A stretch of 64,000 bases of DNA from Roseburia sp. (lineage in GTDB: Bacteria; Bacillota; Clostridia; Lachnospirales; Lachnospiraceae): assembly GCA_023664265.1 (NCBI GenBank), contig JAMPFV010000002.1:27223-91222 (forward strand), written 5' to 3'. The position numbers and the translations under genes were made by a program. Shown here piece after piece: positions 17,674-27,130 of the stretch; position 1 is the stretch's first letter, and each line of letters opens with the position of its first letter. The notes below the pieces were generated by a model that ran no database searches, had not been told where the DNA came from, and saw only the letters and a program-made list of their open reading frames with translations.

Positions 17674-19479
17674 ATGAAGGACTTGTTGAAGAAGCTTCGC
17701 GACAGCGGCGGAAAGCTTTTCGGAGTGCTGTACGCGTTTGCCGTTATCTGCTGCCTGCCGGCATTTTTTAAGCGAAGCGGCACAATCGGATTTACCTACA
17801 GCGAATTTTCGGTGGTTTTGTTTGCGCTTATATTGTGGTCGGTTCTGCGCTTTTGGAAGACGTTTCGGATGAGGAGCCGGGCGGAACAGCTGTTGACAGG
17901 GGCGCTTGCGTTTGCTTTTCTGGTGTGCATGGCGTGGGGCAGCATGTTGGACGGACAGGGCTGGCTGGAGCTGCACGATGCCGGCATTTGGGCGGCGCCT
18001 GTCATCGTGGCGCCGTATGTCGCGATGCTGATCGACAAAGCGTATGGTGAGATGGAGGCGCTTATCCGCAGGAGAGGCCGGACGAGGCAGCCGGATTGTT
18101 CTCAAGCCACGCGCAGGGAGCTTGCGGGATACCTTGTCTTTCTCATGGTCTGTTGGGGAATCGTGCTGTTGGGTGTGTTCCCGGGATTTTTTGTGTATGA
18201 TGCGGGAGACGAGCTTCTGGAGGTTATCACGCGGCAGTTTACGACCCATCATCCGCTGTTTCATGTGCTTTATATGGGCGGCGTGGTCCAAGCGGGATAT
18301 AAGCTGTTCGGAAGCTACAATGCCGGCATCCTTTTGTTCTCGATGGTGCAGATGGCGCTGTTTGCGGCCGGGCTTGTCTATGCGGCGGCCAAGATGCGCG
18401 CCTTCGGCTTTGGAAAGCGCTTTTGCCGCATTGTGATCGCCTTTATGGGACTTTTCCCGGTGATTCCGATGTGCGTGCTGTGCTCCGCGAAGGATAGTAT
18501 TTTTGCCTTGGTGGTGTTTTTGTGGGTGCTGGAGACGTGGGAATGGCGCAGGCTCTCCGCAAGGCGGATTTCCGTCAAATGGATTATATGGTCCGTGCTC
18601 CTGTGTCTTTTGCGATATAATGCGATTTATGCGCTGGCGGCTGCGGGAGTCTGCATGGTCATTTGGGGGAGGAAGCAGCGAAGAGCGCTTTTGATTTCGC
18701 TGGCGGTAAGCGTTATCGCGGCGGGAGGGATTTCGGCCTGCCTGACAGGGGTATGCAATGCCGCGCCGCCGGAGCATCAGGAGCTGTTGACGGTGCCCAT
18801 CCAACAGCTTGCGAGAACCTGCAGGCTGGAGCCGGAAACGTTCTCCGAGGAGGAGCTGCGGCAGCTTTACGGCTATCTGCCGGAGGCGTATCTGGCGCGC
18901 TACAGAAATAAGCTGTCCGACGGGGTGAAAATAGGGTTTGTCAATGAAGCCTATGAGCGGGACGCGGCGGGATTTTGGCGGATATGGCTTGCGGGGCTGA
19001 AAAGGGCGCCGGTGTCCTATCTGAACGCGTGGCTTCTGACCTCCTACGGGTACTGGTATCCGGACACTGTCATAGACGTGTATGCGGGCAATGAGGTGTG
19101 CACGTTCACATACGGCGATAACGCATACTTCGGCTATGAGACGGAGCAGCCGGGGGAGAGAGCGTCGCTCATTCCGCCGATAGACGATTTCTATCGGAAG
19201 CTGTCCCTCGAGATATATAAAGAAAAGCTGCCGGCGGTTTCCATGCTCTTTTCACCGGGCTTTCTGTTTTGGGCGCTGCTGTTTTGCATGGGGTATCTGA
19301 TAAGGACAAGGGGAATCGAAGCGATTTTACCGTACATAATCTTGGTTCTGATGGTGGGGACACTGCTCTTGGGCCCTACCTTTCTGCCGAGATATGTGTT
19401 TTTTCTTTGGTTTTGCATTCCCTTTCTTTTGGGCGATATGATTTACACGGACACGATTGAGAAAAAGGAGGAGCTATGA
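17674..19479 (+). CDS. Polytopic GT-C-like membrane protein (DUF6020-like)
   Basis: About 601 aa from the ATG at 17674 (RBS agagaagg). The ORF-track start at 17509 overlaps the GT2 gene. Motifs FVYDAGDELLEV and TTHHPLFHVLY. Confidence 0.5.
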   Translation: MKDLLKKLRDSGGKLFGVLYAFAVICCLPAFFKRSGTIGFTYSEFSVVLFALILWSVLRFWKTFRMRSRAEQLLTGALAFAFLVCMAWGSMLDGQGWLELHDAGIWAAPVIVAPYVAMLIDKAYGEMEALIRRRGRTRQPDCSQATRRELAGYLVFLMVCWGIVLLGVFPGFFVYDAGDELLEVITRQFTTHHPLFHVLYMGGVVQAGYKLFGSYNAGILLFSMVQMALFAAGLVYAAAKMRAFGFGKRFCRIVIAFMGLFPVIPMCVLCSAKDSIFALVVFLWVLETWEWRRLSARRISVKWIIWSVLLCLLRYNAIYALAAAGVCMVIWGRKQRRALLISLAVSVIAAGGISACLTGVCNAAPPEHQELLTVPIQQLARTCRLEPETFSEEELRQLYGYLPEAYLARYRNKLSDGVKIGFVNEAYERDAAGFWRIWLAGLKRAPVSYLNAWLLTSYGYWYPDTVIDVYAGNEVCTFTYGDNAYFGYETEQPGERASLIPPIDDFYRKLSLEIYKEKLPAVSMLFSPGFLFWALLFCMGYLIRTRGIEAILPYIILVLMVGTLLLGPTFLPRYVFFLWFCIPFLLGDMIYTDTIEKKEEL

Positions 19480-20429
19480 TTGCATTAGTAGGTTACACGG
19501 GATTTGTGGGAAGCAACATTTACGCGCGGGCGCGAAACCGCATCGAGGGAGTGTTCGACTCTAAGAACATCGAGAAGGCATACGGATTGGAGCCGGAGGT
19601 GCTGATTTATGCGGGACTCCGGGCGGAAAAGCAGCTTGCGAACAGCGCGCCGGAGAAGGACTTGAGCATGATGCTTCAGGCCTGCGAAAATATACGATTG
19701 ATCAACCCCAGGAAGCCGATCCTGATCTCCACGATTGATGTGTACAAAAATCCCGCAGGGGTCGATGAGAACAGCGCGGCGCTCTCGGCGGGCGTTTCCG
19801 ACGGGGACTATGGCGTACAGCCGTATGGGCTGAACCGATATTACTTCGAGGCATGGCTGCAAAGGGAATACCCGGAGTCTCTGATTATCCGGCTCCCGGC
19901 GCTCTACGGGCTGCATATCCGGAAGAGCTTTATCTATGATTACATCAATGTCATCCCGTCCGTGCTGAGCAGGGAAAAGCTGGAGGAGCTTGTGGAGAAG
20001 GACGCGTCGCTGCAGGCGTATTATGAGCTGCAGGAGGACGGCTTCTATCAATGCAGGAAGCTGTCGAAGGAGGAGAAGGAGCCGCTGAAGGACAAATTCA
20101 GGGCAATCGGCTTCACGGCGCTTGATTTCACGGACAGCAGAAGCGTTTATCAGTTTTATCCGCTCAGCCGTCTGTGGGAGGATATACAGACCGCCATGGA
20201 CGCGGATATCCGCGTCCTGAATCTGGTGACTGAGCCCGTCTCCGTGGGAGAGCTTTACCGGTATCTCACGGGAAAAGGCTTTAAAAACGAGCTGAGCGGA
20301 ACGCCGGCAAGGTATGACTGCAGGACGCTTCATGCCGGCAAATTCGGCGGCGGAAACGGATATATCTGTTCAAAAGAAGAGATACTAAAGGATATCAAGG
20401 GCTTTGTCGAGACCCACGGTCAAGGCTGA
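19476..20429 (+). CDS. Atypical RmlD-like short-chain dehydrogenase/reductase-fold protein
   Basis: VGYTGFVGSNI (GxxGxxG), ISTIDVY (compare STDYVF) and PYGLNRYYFE, where the YxxxK Lys is replaced by Arg. An insertion of about 70 aa is present. ATGA overlap with the upstream gene. Confidence 0.5.
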   Translation: MIALVGYTGFVGSNIYARARNRIEGVFDSKNIEKAYGLEPEVLIYAGLRAEKQLANSAPEKDLSMMLQACENIRLINPRKPILISTIDVYKNPAGVDENSAALSAGVSDGDYGVQPYGLNRYYFEAWLQREYPESLIIRLPALYGLHIRKSFIYDYINVIPSVLSREKLEELVEKDASLQAYYELQEDGFYQCRKLSKEEKEPLKDKFRAIGFTALDFTDSRSVYQFYPLSRLWEDIQTAMDADIRVLNLVTEPVSVGELYRYLTGKGFKNELSGTPARYDCRTLHAGKFGGGNGYICSKEEILKDIKGFVETHGQG

Positions 20430-20456
20430 GCGCGGACGGAAAGGAACAGCCGGTTC

Positions 20457-21881
20457 ATGGAGAATGTCAGAAGAAAGAATAAGATGATAGAGACCTACAG
20501 CGTTCTGCTGATAGACCTTGTCAGCGTGATGGTGTCCTATGCGTTGTCATTGTATATTCGATTTCGCATCATACACTATGAGGATTATCCCAGACAGTTT
20601 CATTTGATGGTGGGAGCTTACCTTGTCGTGCTCTGTCTGCTCTACAGTCTGTTTTTGGACGCGAACCGCAATTTCTTTTACCGGGGATGGTATCAGGAAT
20701 TTTATTATACGGTGCGCTATACCTTTATTCTGACGGTCGGGCTGGTGCTGGTGCTTTATCTGACACAGCAGTCCTATGCGTTTTCGCGCTTGATTTACGG
20801 GATATTCGGCATCTTGAATGTCCTGTTTACCTATGCGGTTCACATGCTGTTTAAGAAGGTTATGTGGCGGTACTACCGGACGAGCAGCAACAGTGAGAAG
20901 CTGTTGGTGATCACACGGGCGGAGTCCGCGCAGGAGGTTGTCCGGAACCTGATAAAGGGGAAGGAATGGTATTATGACATAACCGCCGTGGCAATCTATG
21001 ACGCGGACCGGACGGGGCTTGAGGTGCAGGGGGTGCCTGTCGTGGCTTCCCGGGAGAACCTGTATGAGGTGGTCGTGCAGATGACGGTGGACGAGGTGTT
21101 TATCTGTCTGCCCGAAACGCCTGTCGCGGAAATACGGGTCATGGTGGAGAAGTTTGAGGAAATGGGACTCGTGTGCCATTACAATGCGGATTTGTTCAGC
21201 AGAGTAAACCCCAATACATATGTGCAGAAGATGGCGGGATACAGCGTGATTTCTTTTGCGCTGCGGACGATGGATTCGAGGCGGCTTCTGGTCAAGCGCA
21301 TGATTGACATTCTGGGAGCGCTGGTCGGGCTTCTGCTCACGGCCGTCATCACGCCGTTTGTGGCGCTTGCGATTAAGCTGGATTCTCCGGGACCAGTTTT
21401 CTTTTCACAGGTGCGAATCGGGAAAAACGGGCGGCGCTTTAAGATATGGAAATTCCGCTCCATGTATACGGACGCGGAGGCGCGCAAGAAGGAGCTGGAG
21501 GCGCGCAATGAGATTAAGGGACTGATGTTCAAGATGGAGGAGGATCCGCGCATCACGAGGGTAGGGCGGTTTCTGCGCAAGACAAGCATTGACGAGACGC
21601 CGCAGTTCTTTAATATCCTTATGGGCGACATGAGTCTGGTGGGCACGCGTCCGCCGACGGAGGATGAGTTTGAGCAGTACAACGGATATTACAGGCGCCG
21701 GATGAGCATTACGCCCGGACTTACGGGCATGTGGCAGGTCAGCGGCCGGAGCGATATTCAGGATTTTGAGGAGATTGTGAAGCTGGACTTGGCCTATATC
21801 GACAACTGGTCGCTGGGACTCGATTTCAAAATCCTTTTTATGACGGTTTTCGCGGTGCTTGGCAGGAAGGGCTCGAGATAG
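20457..21881 (+). CDS. Polyprenyl-phosphate hexose-1-phosphate transferase (large WbaP/CpsE-type PGT), copy 1
   Basis: 474 aa. N-terminal TM bundle, then PGPVFFSQVRIGKNGRRFKIWKFRSM and DETPQFFNILMGDMSLVGTRPP. Confidence 0.85.
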   Translation: MENVRRKNKMIETYSVLLIDLVSVMVSYALSLYIRFRIIHYEDYPRQFHLMVGAYLVVLCLLYSLFLDANRNFFYRGWYQEFYYTVRYTFILTVGLVLVLYLTQQSYAFSRLIYGIFGILNVLFTYAVHMLFKKVMWRYYRTSSNSEKLLVITRAESAQEVVRNLIKGKEWYYDITAVAIYDADRTGLEVQGVPVVASRENLYEVVVQMTVDEVFICLPETPVAEIRVMVEKFEEMGLVCHYNADLFSRVNPNTYVQKMAGYSVISFALRTMDSRRLLVKRMIDILGALVGLLLTAVITPFVALAIKLDSPGPVFFSQVRIGKNGRRFKIWKFRSMYTDAEARKKELEARNEIKGLMFKMEEDPRITRVGRFLRKTSIDETPQFFNILMGDMSLVGTRPPTEDEFEQYNGYYRRRMSITPGLTGMWQVSGRSDIQDFEEIVKLDLAYIDNWSLGLDFKILFMTVFAVLGRKGSR

Positions 21882-21946
21882 CGGTATTCGGAATATTGAC
21901 GGTTTCGGCGCGGCGGTGTATAATCGTAACAGTTCAGGAGGACGGG

Positions 21947-22723
21947 ATGGCAGAGCTGCAATATTGTGAAATATTAAAGACAAGAATCAATGTCACCGAC
22001 ATGGAGGATACGCTGGCGTATCTTCATGCGCATATCGATGAGCTGCGGGGCAGATATATCTGCGTCTCCAATGTCCACACGACGATTATGTCCTACGAGA
22101 ACGAGCAATACCGCGCGATACAAAACGGCGCGGCGATGGCGCTGCCCGACGGGGCGCCGCTGTCGTGGTACAGCAGGAGGCGGGGATTTCCCGAGGCCCG
22201 GCGGGTCACGGGACCGGATTTGATGCTGGAGCTGTTCCGGCAGGCTCCGCAGAACGGATACCGCCATTTCTTCTACGGCTCCACGCAGGAGACGCTGGAG
22301 GGGATGCGCGCGGCTTTGGAGCGGGAGTATCCCGCAGTGGAGCTTGCGGGGATGTATTCGCCGCCCTTTCGGCCGCTCACGGCGGCGGAGGAGGACGCGG
22401 CGGTAAAAAGGATAAACGCTTCCCGGCCGGATTTTGTCTGGGTCGGACTTGGCGCACCCAAGCAGGAGGAATGGATGTACGCGCATCAGAACCGGGTGAA
22501 CGCGGTGATGATCGGCGTGGGCGCGGGCTTTGACTATCTTGCGGGCAATATCAGGCGGGCGCCGCAGTGGATGCAGCGTCTGTATCTGGAGTGGCTTTAC
22601 CGGCTGCTGCAGGACCCGCGGCGTTTGTGGAAGAGATATGTGACGACGAATTTTAAATTTTTGAGATATATTTATAAGGAAGAGCGTCTTTTGAGAGCGG
22701 AAAATAAAAGCGATGGAAAATAA
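21947..22723 (+). CDS. tagA: WecG/TagA/CpsF-family (GT26) glycosyltransferase
   Basis: ATG at 21947 follows the RBS aggagga. Motifs PDGAPLSWYSRRRG and DFVWVGLGAPKQEEWM. Confidence 0.8.
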   Translation: MAELQYCEILKTRINVTDMEDTLAYLHAHIDELRGRYICVSNVHTTIMSYENEQYRAIQNGAAMALPDGAPLSWYSRRRGFPEARRVTGPDLMLELFRQAPQNGYRHFFYGSTQETLEGMRAALEREYPAVELAGMYSPPFRPLTAAEEDAAVKRINASRPDFVWVGLGAPKQEEWMYAHQNRVNAVMIGVGAGFDYLAGNIRRAPQWMQRLYLEWLYRLLQDPRRLWKRYVTTNFKFLRYIYKEERLLRAENKSDGK

Positions 22724-23630
22724 AGTGTGGTATCATGCGGACGACTATGGTGTCACCGTGGAGCAGTCGAAGAGAATATTGGAGTGTTACAGGGAGGGCG
22801 CGTTAAACAGCATCAGTGTGCTTCCCAATTCCGATGCGCTCGGGGAGGCGTTGACGCTGCTGGACGAGGCGGATCCGGACGCGCGGATACGACGGGTGCT
22901 GCACCTGAACTTTGTGGAGGGGAAGCCCTTGGCCGGGGCGGAGCAAGTGCCGCTTCTGGCGGATAAGGACGGATATTTTGACAAGTCGTTCCCATGGTTT
23001 TTCGTCCGGAACGCCCTGAAGCACGGCACGGCGCGCAGGCGGCTGATGGAACAGATCAAGTCGGAAATCGCGGCGCAGCTTCGGGCGGTCACGCGGGAGT
23101 GCGATTACCGCATCACGGCGATTGACTCCCATCAGCACTATCACATGCTCCCGATTGTCATGGACAGCCTGATGGAGGTATTGGCGGAAGCGGAGTTTGG
23201 CGATCTGGACATTCGCGCGATTCGGGTTCCGGTGGATCCGACGGCGCCGCTGCTGCACAATGCCGCCTGGCGCAGACGGGTGCCCTTGATGAATTGGGTG
23301 AAGTGGCTGATTCTGAGGATATATACGCGGCGGGGCAGAAAGCGGATACAGGCCTGCGGGATGGCGGCTCCCGTGTTTTTCGGTATTTTCTTTACCTGCG
23401 AGATGCGTTGGGAGGTTGTGAAGGCGCTGCTTCCCGCATATCGGGACTATGCCGATAAAAGGGGCGCACAGCTGGAGCTGATGTTCCATCCGGGGAATCT
23501 GACTGCGGCGTATGAGCTCTTGGACGCGCGAAATAAGGAATTGGAGAATTTTTATATGTCCGACAACCGCTATCTGGAGGCGCAGTGCCTCAAGCAGCTT
23601 GGGCGCGGGGCCGGTGAGAGCGCCGTGTGA
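22713..23630 (+). CDS. YdjC/ChbG-family carbohydrate deacetylase
   Basis: N-terminal WYHADDYGVT and IDSHQHYHMLP are metal-site motifs typical of YdjC. 305 aa. Confidence 0.7.
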   Translation: MENKVWYHADDYGVTVEQSKRILECYREGALNSISVLPNSDALGEALTLLDEADPDARIRRVLHLNFVEGKPLAGAEQVPLLADKDGYFDKSFPWFFVRNALKHGTARRRLMEQIKSEIAAQLRAVTRECDYRITAIDSHQHYHMLPIVMDSLMEVLAEAEFGDLDIRAIRVPVDPTAPLLHNAAWRRRVPLMNWVKWLILRIYTRRGRKRIQACGMAAPVFFGIFFTCEMRWEVVKALLPAYRDYADKRGAQLELMFHPGNLTAAYELLDARNKELENFYMSDNRYLEAQCLKQLGRGAGESAV

Positions 23631-23640
23631 AGACGCAGAA

Positions 23641-24771
23641 ATGGAGAATATGAATAATATGAGAAGAAAGAAAATGCTGCTGATGATGGCGGCGCTGCTC
23701 GCGGCGGCCTGTACGGCCTGTGGGGGGAAAGCGGAGCCGGATTCCGTGATTATATGGGAGACGGAAACGGAGGAGCCGGACAGCGATTCTTCGATGTTTC
23801 CGGAGACTGCGCCGACAGCGGAGATCGAGTCGGAGACTTCGCAGCCGGAGAGTACGGAAACCGAGCCGGAGACGGAAGCGCAGACCACGCAGCCGGAGAC
23901 CGAGACGGCACAGACGCAGGAAACGGAGGCGGCGGAGACGCTTGACCAACTGACGGAGGGAGAGAAGGCGGCCAGAAGAGAGCAGCAGAGGAATTTTGAC
24001 GAGGCCAGGCAGCTGCTCTATCAGTTGGACGATTCCAAGGATAAGACAATGCGGATCAATCAGATGGACAGGCAGATACTGACGAACAACACCTATGATT
24101 TTTCCGGGAAGAGGGTCGTGTTTATCGGGGACAGTATTACGGAGGGCATTACGTCTGCCGTGGATCAGAACGGCAACTTTGTCAGCTATGTTACATATGT
24201 CAACTCGTATCTGCATTTCCAACATCTGCTGAATCACGGAGTCGGCGGGCGGATGTTTTCTTATTATGGCGGGGATGAGCTCTCCCTTGCCGCGAACTTT
24301 TATAATGTCGTGAACATGGATTCGGACATTATCGTGGTGTTTGCGGGGGTAAACGACTATCTGACCAGACCGGAGGGGAAGCGGTTCGGCAATGTGGACG
24401 ACAAGATGAGCACCTCGGGATACTGCGGGGCGCTGCGCAGCTTTATGAACAAGCTCAAGGATAACTGCGGAGACAGGGAAATTTTTTTCGTGACAATGTA
24501 CAATGTATCAAAAACGGCGGAATGCACATACTCAGATTATAACGGTCAGCCGACCTTGGGCGATTATATGGAGGCAGAGCGTCAGCTCGTCAAGGAGTAT
24601 GGATTTCATTTGATAGAGCTTTATGACACGGGATTTATGGACTGTTCCACCCGGGAGGCGTCGGATTATTTCCTGAGTGACGGGCTCCACCCGAAGGACA
24701 ACGGAAACATTGTGCTGGGGGAGCATATCGCGGCGGAGCTGTCCCTGTACTTTAGTCAAAGAGAGCAATAA
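23641..24771 (+). CDS. SGNH/GDSL hydrolase lipoprotein with an acidic E/T/P/Q-rich linker
   Basis: ATG at 23641. Signal and lipobox-like KKMLLMMAALLAAACTACGG. Linker ETEPETEAQTTQPETETAQTQETEAAET. GDSL block VVFIGDSITEG. Confidence 0.75.
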   Translation: MENMNNMRRKKMLLMMAALLAAACTACGGKAEPDSVIIWETETEEPDSDSSMFPETAPTAEIESETSQPESTETEPETEAQTTQPETETAQTQETEAAETLDQLTEGEKAARREQQRNFDEARQLLYQLDDSKDKTMRINQMDRQILTNNTYDFSGKRVVFIGDSITEGITSAVDQNGNFVSYVTYVNSYLHFQHLLNHGVGGRMFSYYGGDELSLAANFYNVVNMDSDIIVVFAGVNDYLTRPEGKRFGNVDDKMSTSGYCGALRSFMNKLKDNCGDREIFFVTMYNVSKTAECTYSDYNGQPTLGDYMEAERQLVKEYGFHLIELYDTGFMDCSTREASDYFLSDGLHPKDNGNIVLGEHIAAELSLYFSQREQ

Positions 24772-24821
24772 TACACAGCAAGTCCGGCCGGCTGGCGGAT
24801 AAACGAGGAGAAATACATCGC

Positions 24822-25886
24822 GTGGAAATTTTAAACGGGGGCATACTGGCGATTCTGGTGCTGCCCATGCCTTTCCTTTTGGGACTGATACCGGTCAAAT
24901 ACATGAACAGCTTGCAAAGAACACCCGCAATGGCCTATGTCTGTGGGTGGTTTGTGAGCTTTTCCGTGTTTGAGGCGGCGGCGGTCCCGTTTATTTTGCT
25001 TGAGAAGCGATTCTCGGCGCTTGTTGCGGTGTATACGGCGCTGATTGTGCTCCTGACGCTGTATTCCGCTTGGAGCGGGAGGGGCGTTCTGCGGGAATTT
25101 GCGGGGCGTGTGAAGAACATCCGCCGGATGCCGCTTTATGTCACGGCGGGATGGCTTTTGGTCTTTCTGCTGATCGGCGGACAGCTGCTGTACGCGGCGC
25201 TGTATGAATACTATGACGGGGATGACGCTTATTATATTGCGACGGCCGTGCTGACGGACACCTTTGACACCATGTACCTGCGGGACGCCTATACCGGATA
25301 TATCTATGATTTGGACGTGCGCCATGCGTTTTCTCCGACGCCGATTTATCAGGCGTGGCTTTCGCGGCTGAGCGGAATCGCGCCGGCGGCGGTGGCGCAT
25401 ACGGCTCTGGCGGCGGTGTGGCTGCTGTTGATGTACTGTGTGTACGGACAGATCGGCAACCGGCTCTTTCCGTCCTCAAGGGATCCGCAGCGGGACAAAA
25501 GCCGCTACAGACCCGTGTTTATGCTGTTGATTGTCCTGTGGTTTGCGTTTGGCAATATTTCGCTTTATACCGCCGAGACCTTCGCGATGACGAGAACCTG
25601 GCAGGGAAAGGGACTGATGGCGGGAACGGTGCTCCCCGCGCTGTTTCTGTGTCTGATATATCTGGCGGGAGACCGGGTCAGTAAAGGCCTGTGGATGCTG
25701 TTTGTCTGTGTGATTATCTCCGCGGTGTTCGCCACGAGCATCGCCTTTATGCTGATACCGACGATTGTCGGTGTGGCGGCGGCGCTGACGGCCGTCCGGC
25801 AGAGGAGCCTGAAAAGAGGCGTCCTCATGTGTCTGTGCTGCATTCCTTGTCTGCTGCTCGGCGGCTGCTATCTGCTGATGCGCTAA
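24822..25886 (+). CDS. Polytopic membrane protein, possible GT-C membrane module
   Basis: 354 aa, GTG start after the RBS acgaggag. Loop motif YEYYDGDDAYYIATAV. No soluble domain. Confidence 0.45.
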   Translation: MEILNGGILAILVLPMPFLLGLIPVKYMNSLQRTPAMAYVCGWFVSFSVFEAAAVPFILLEKRFSALVAVYTALIVLLTLYSAWSGRGVLREFAGRVKNIRRMPLYVTAGWLLVFLLIGGQLLYAALYEYYDGDDAYYIATAVLTDTFDTMYLRDAYTGYIYDLDVRHAFSPTPIYQAWLSRLSGIAPAAVAHTALAAVWLLLMYCVYGQIGNRLFPSSRDPQRDKSRYRPVFMLLIVLWFAFGNISLYTAETFAMTRTWQGKGLMAGTVLPALFLCLIYLAGDRVSKGLWMLFVCVIISAVFATSIAFMLIPTIVGVAAALTAVRQRSLKRGVLMCLCCIPCLLLGGCYLLMR

Positions 25887-25904
25887 CGCAAAGGGGTCTG
25901 TTCC

Positions 25905-26726
25905 ATGAGAGAAATGATCGAAACGGTTTTTGAGGATATAACTGCATATAACAACAGGAGCTTTCTGATACCGCTTTTCCTCGCGGCGGTGTTGTTTCTG
26001 TGGAGAACGGAGAAGGACAGGCGCATCCGGACGGCGCTGGTCTATGTGGTCGTGGTCATCTTTGCGGTATTTATCTGTCCGCTCTATGTTTGGGTCGGGA
26101 TGAAGATTGACGCGGACATCTATTACCGGGTGCTGTGGTCCTTCCCGATAGGCGTGCTGGTGTGCGGCAGTACGGTGAAGCTGATGATGCGTTTTCGCTC
26201 CGCGGCCGCAAAGGGGCTGGTACTGCTGCTGGCGGTTCTGGCCGTCTGCATCAACGGCGACCTGGTCTATACAAAGACGCTTCATTTCAGGGCGACGAAC
26301 GCATACCACATACCGCAGAACGTGATTGATGTCGTGGAGGCGCTCCGGCTTGACAATTACAGGCCGATAGCGGCTCTTCCTGCGGAGCTTCTTCCGTTCT
26401 TCAGACAGTATTCGGCGGATATTTTTACGCCGTATGGAAGAAATATTCTGGAGACGCAGTGGGGCTTTTCCAATGCGCTGTATGACGCGATGGAGGGGGA
26501 CGACAACGCTTATGACGCCGCGGAGGTGGCGCGCCGCGCGCGGGAGGAGCACTGTACCTATGTCGTGCTTTCCTGCGCCAAGCGGATTGAGGGAAGCATG
26601 GAGGAACAGAACTATTTTCTTTTGAATTTTGTGCAGGGGTATTATATCTATATGGATTACGGCTATTATGAGGTTCTGAAGGAGCAAGGCCTGTTGGATG
26701 CGGATGTGATTGCGGTCGGCGGGTGA
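25905..26726 (+). CDS. Membrane protein (about 4 TM) with a C-terminal soluble domain, possible second half of a split GT-C
   Basis: 273 aa. TM region followed by a domain of about 150 aa (HIPQNVIDVVEALRLDNYRP...). Lies 18 nt after the previous membrane ORF. Confidence 0.4.
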   Translation: MREMIETVFEDITAYNNRSFLIPLFLAAVLFLWRTEKDRRIRTALVYVVVVIFAVFICPLYVWVGMKIDADIYYRVLWSFPIGVLVCGSTVKLMMRFRSAAAKGLVLLLAVLAVCINGDLVYTKTLHFRATNAYHIPQNVIDVVEALRLDNYRPIAALPAELLPFFRQYSADIFTPYGRNILETQWGFSNALYDAMEGDDNAYDAAEVARRAREEHCTYVVLSCAKRIEGSMEEQNYFLLNFVQGYYIYMDYGYYEVLKEQGLLDADVIAVGG

Positions 26727-26746
26727 CGGAAGGAGATGAAGCGGGA

Positions 26747-27130
26747 ATGCGTCACAGATTGGGATCGGGGATATGGGGAAGGCTGAAAAATATCCTGATG
26801 CTGCAGGGGGTTGTGGTGATCTATACCATTTCGGGAATCCTGTCGAAGAGCGCCTCCGCGAGCGAGGGCAAGCCGGTGCGGTTTCTTTTCTTTTTCGGCA
26901 TGGAATTTGTGATTCTGGGGATTTATGCGCTGCTGTGGCAGCAGATCATAAAACGGTTTGAGCTTTCCGTCGCGTACGCGAACCGCTCCATGTCCGTTTT
27001 ATGGTCGATGCTCTGGGCGGTTGTCTTTTTCCATGACACGATAACGCCGCGCAATATCACAGGCGTTTTGCTGGTGGTGGCGGGAACGGTCATCATCAAT
27101 ACCGACACAAAGGAGGCCCCCGATGCTTAA
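26747..27130 (+). CDS. Small 4-TM DMT/SMR-like transporter subunit (ArnF/EamA-half-like)
   Basis: About 127 aa from the ATG at 26747 (RBS ggaaggaga). Ends VLLVVAGTVIIN. Confidence 0.6.
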   Translation: MRHRLGSGIWGRLKNILMLQGVVVIYTISGILSKSASASEGKPVRFLFFFGMEFVILGIYALLWQQIIKRFELSVAYANRSMSVLWSMLWAVVFFHDTITPRNITGVLLVVAGTVIINTDTKEAPDA

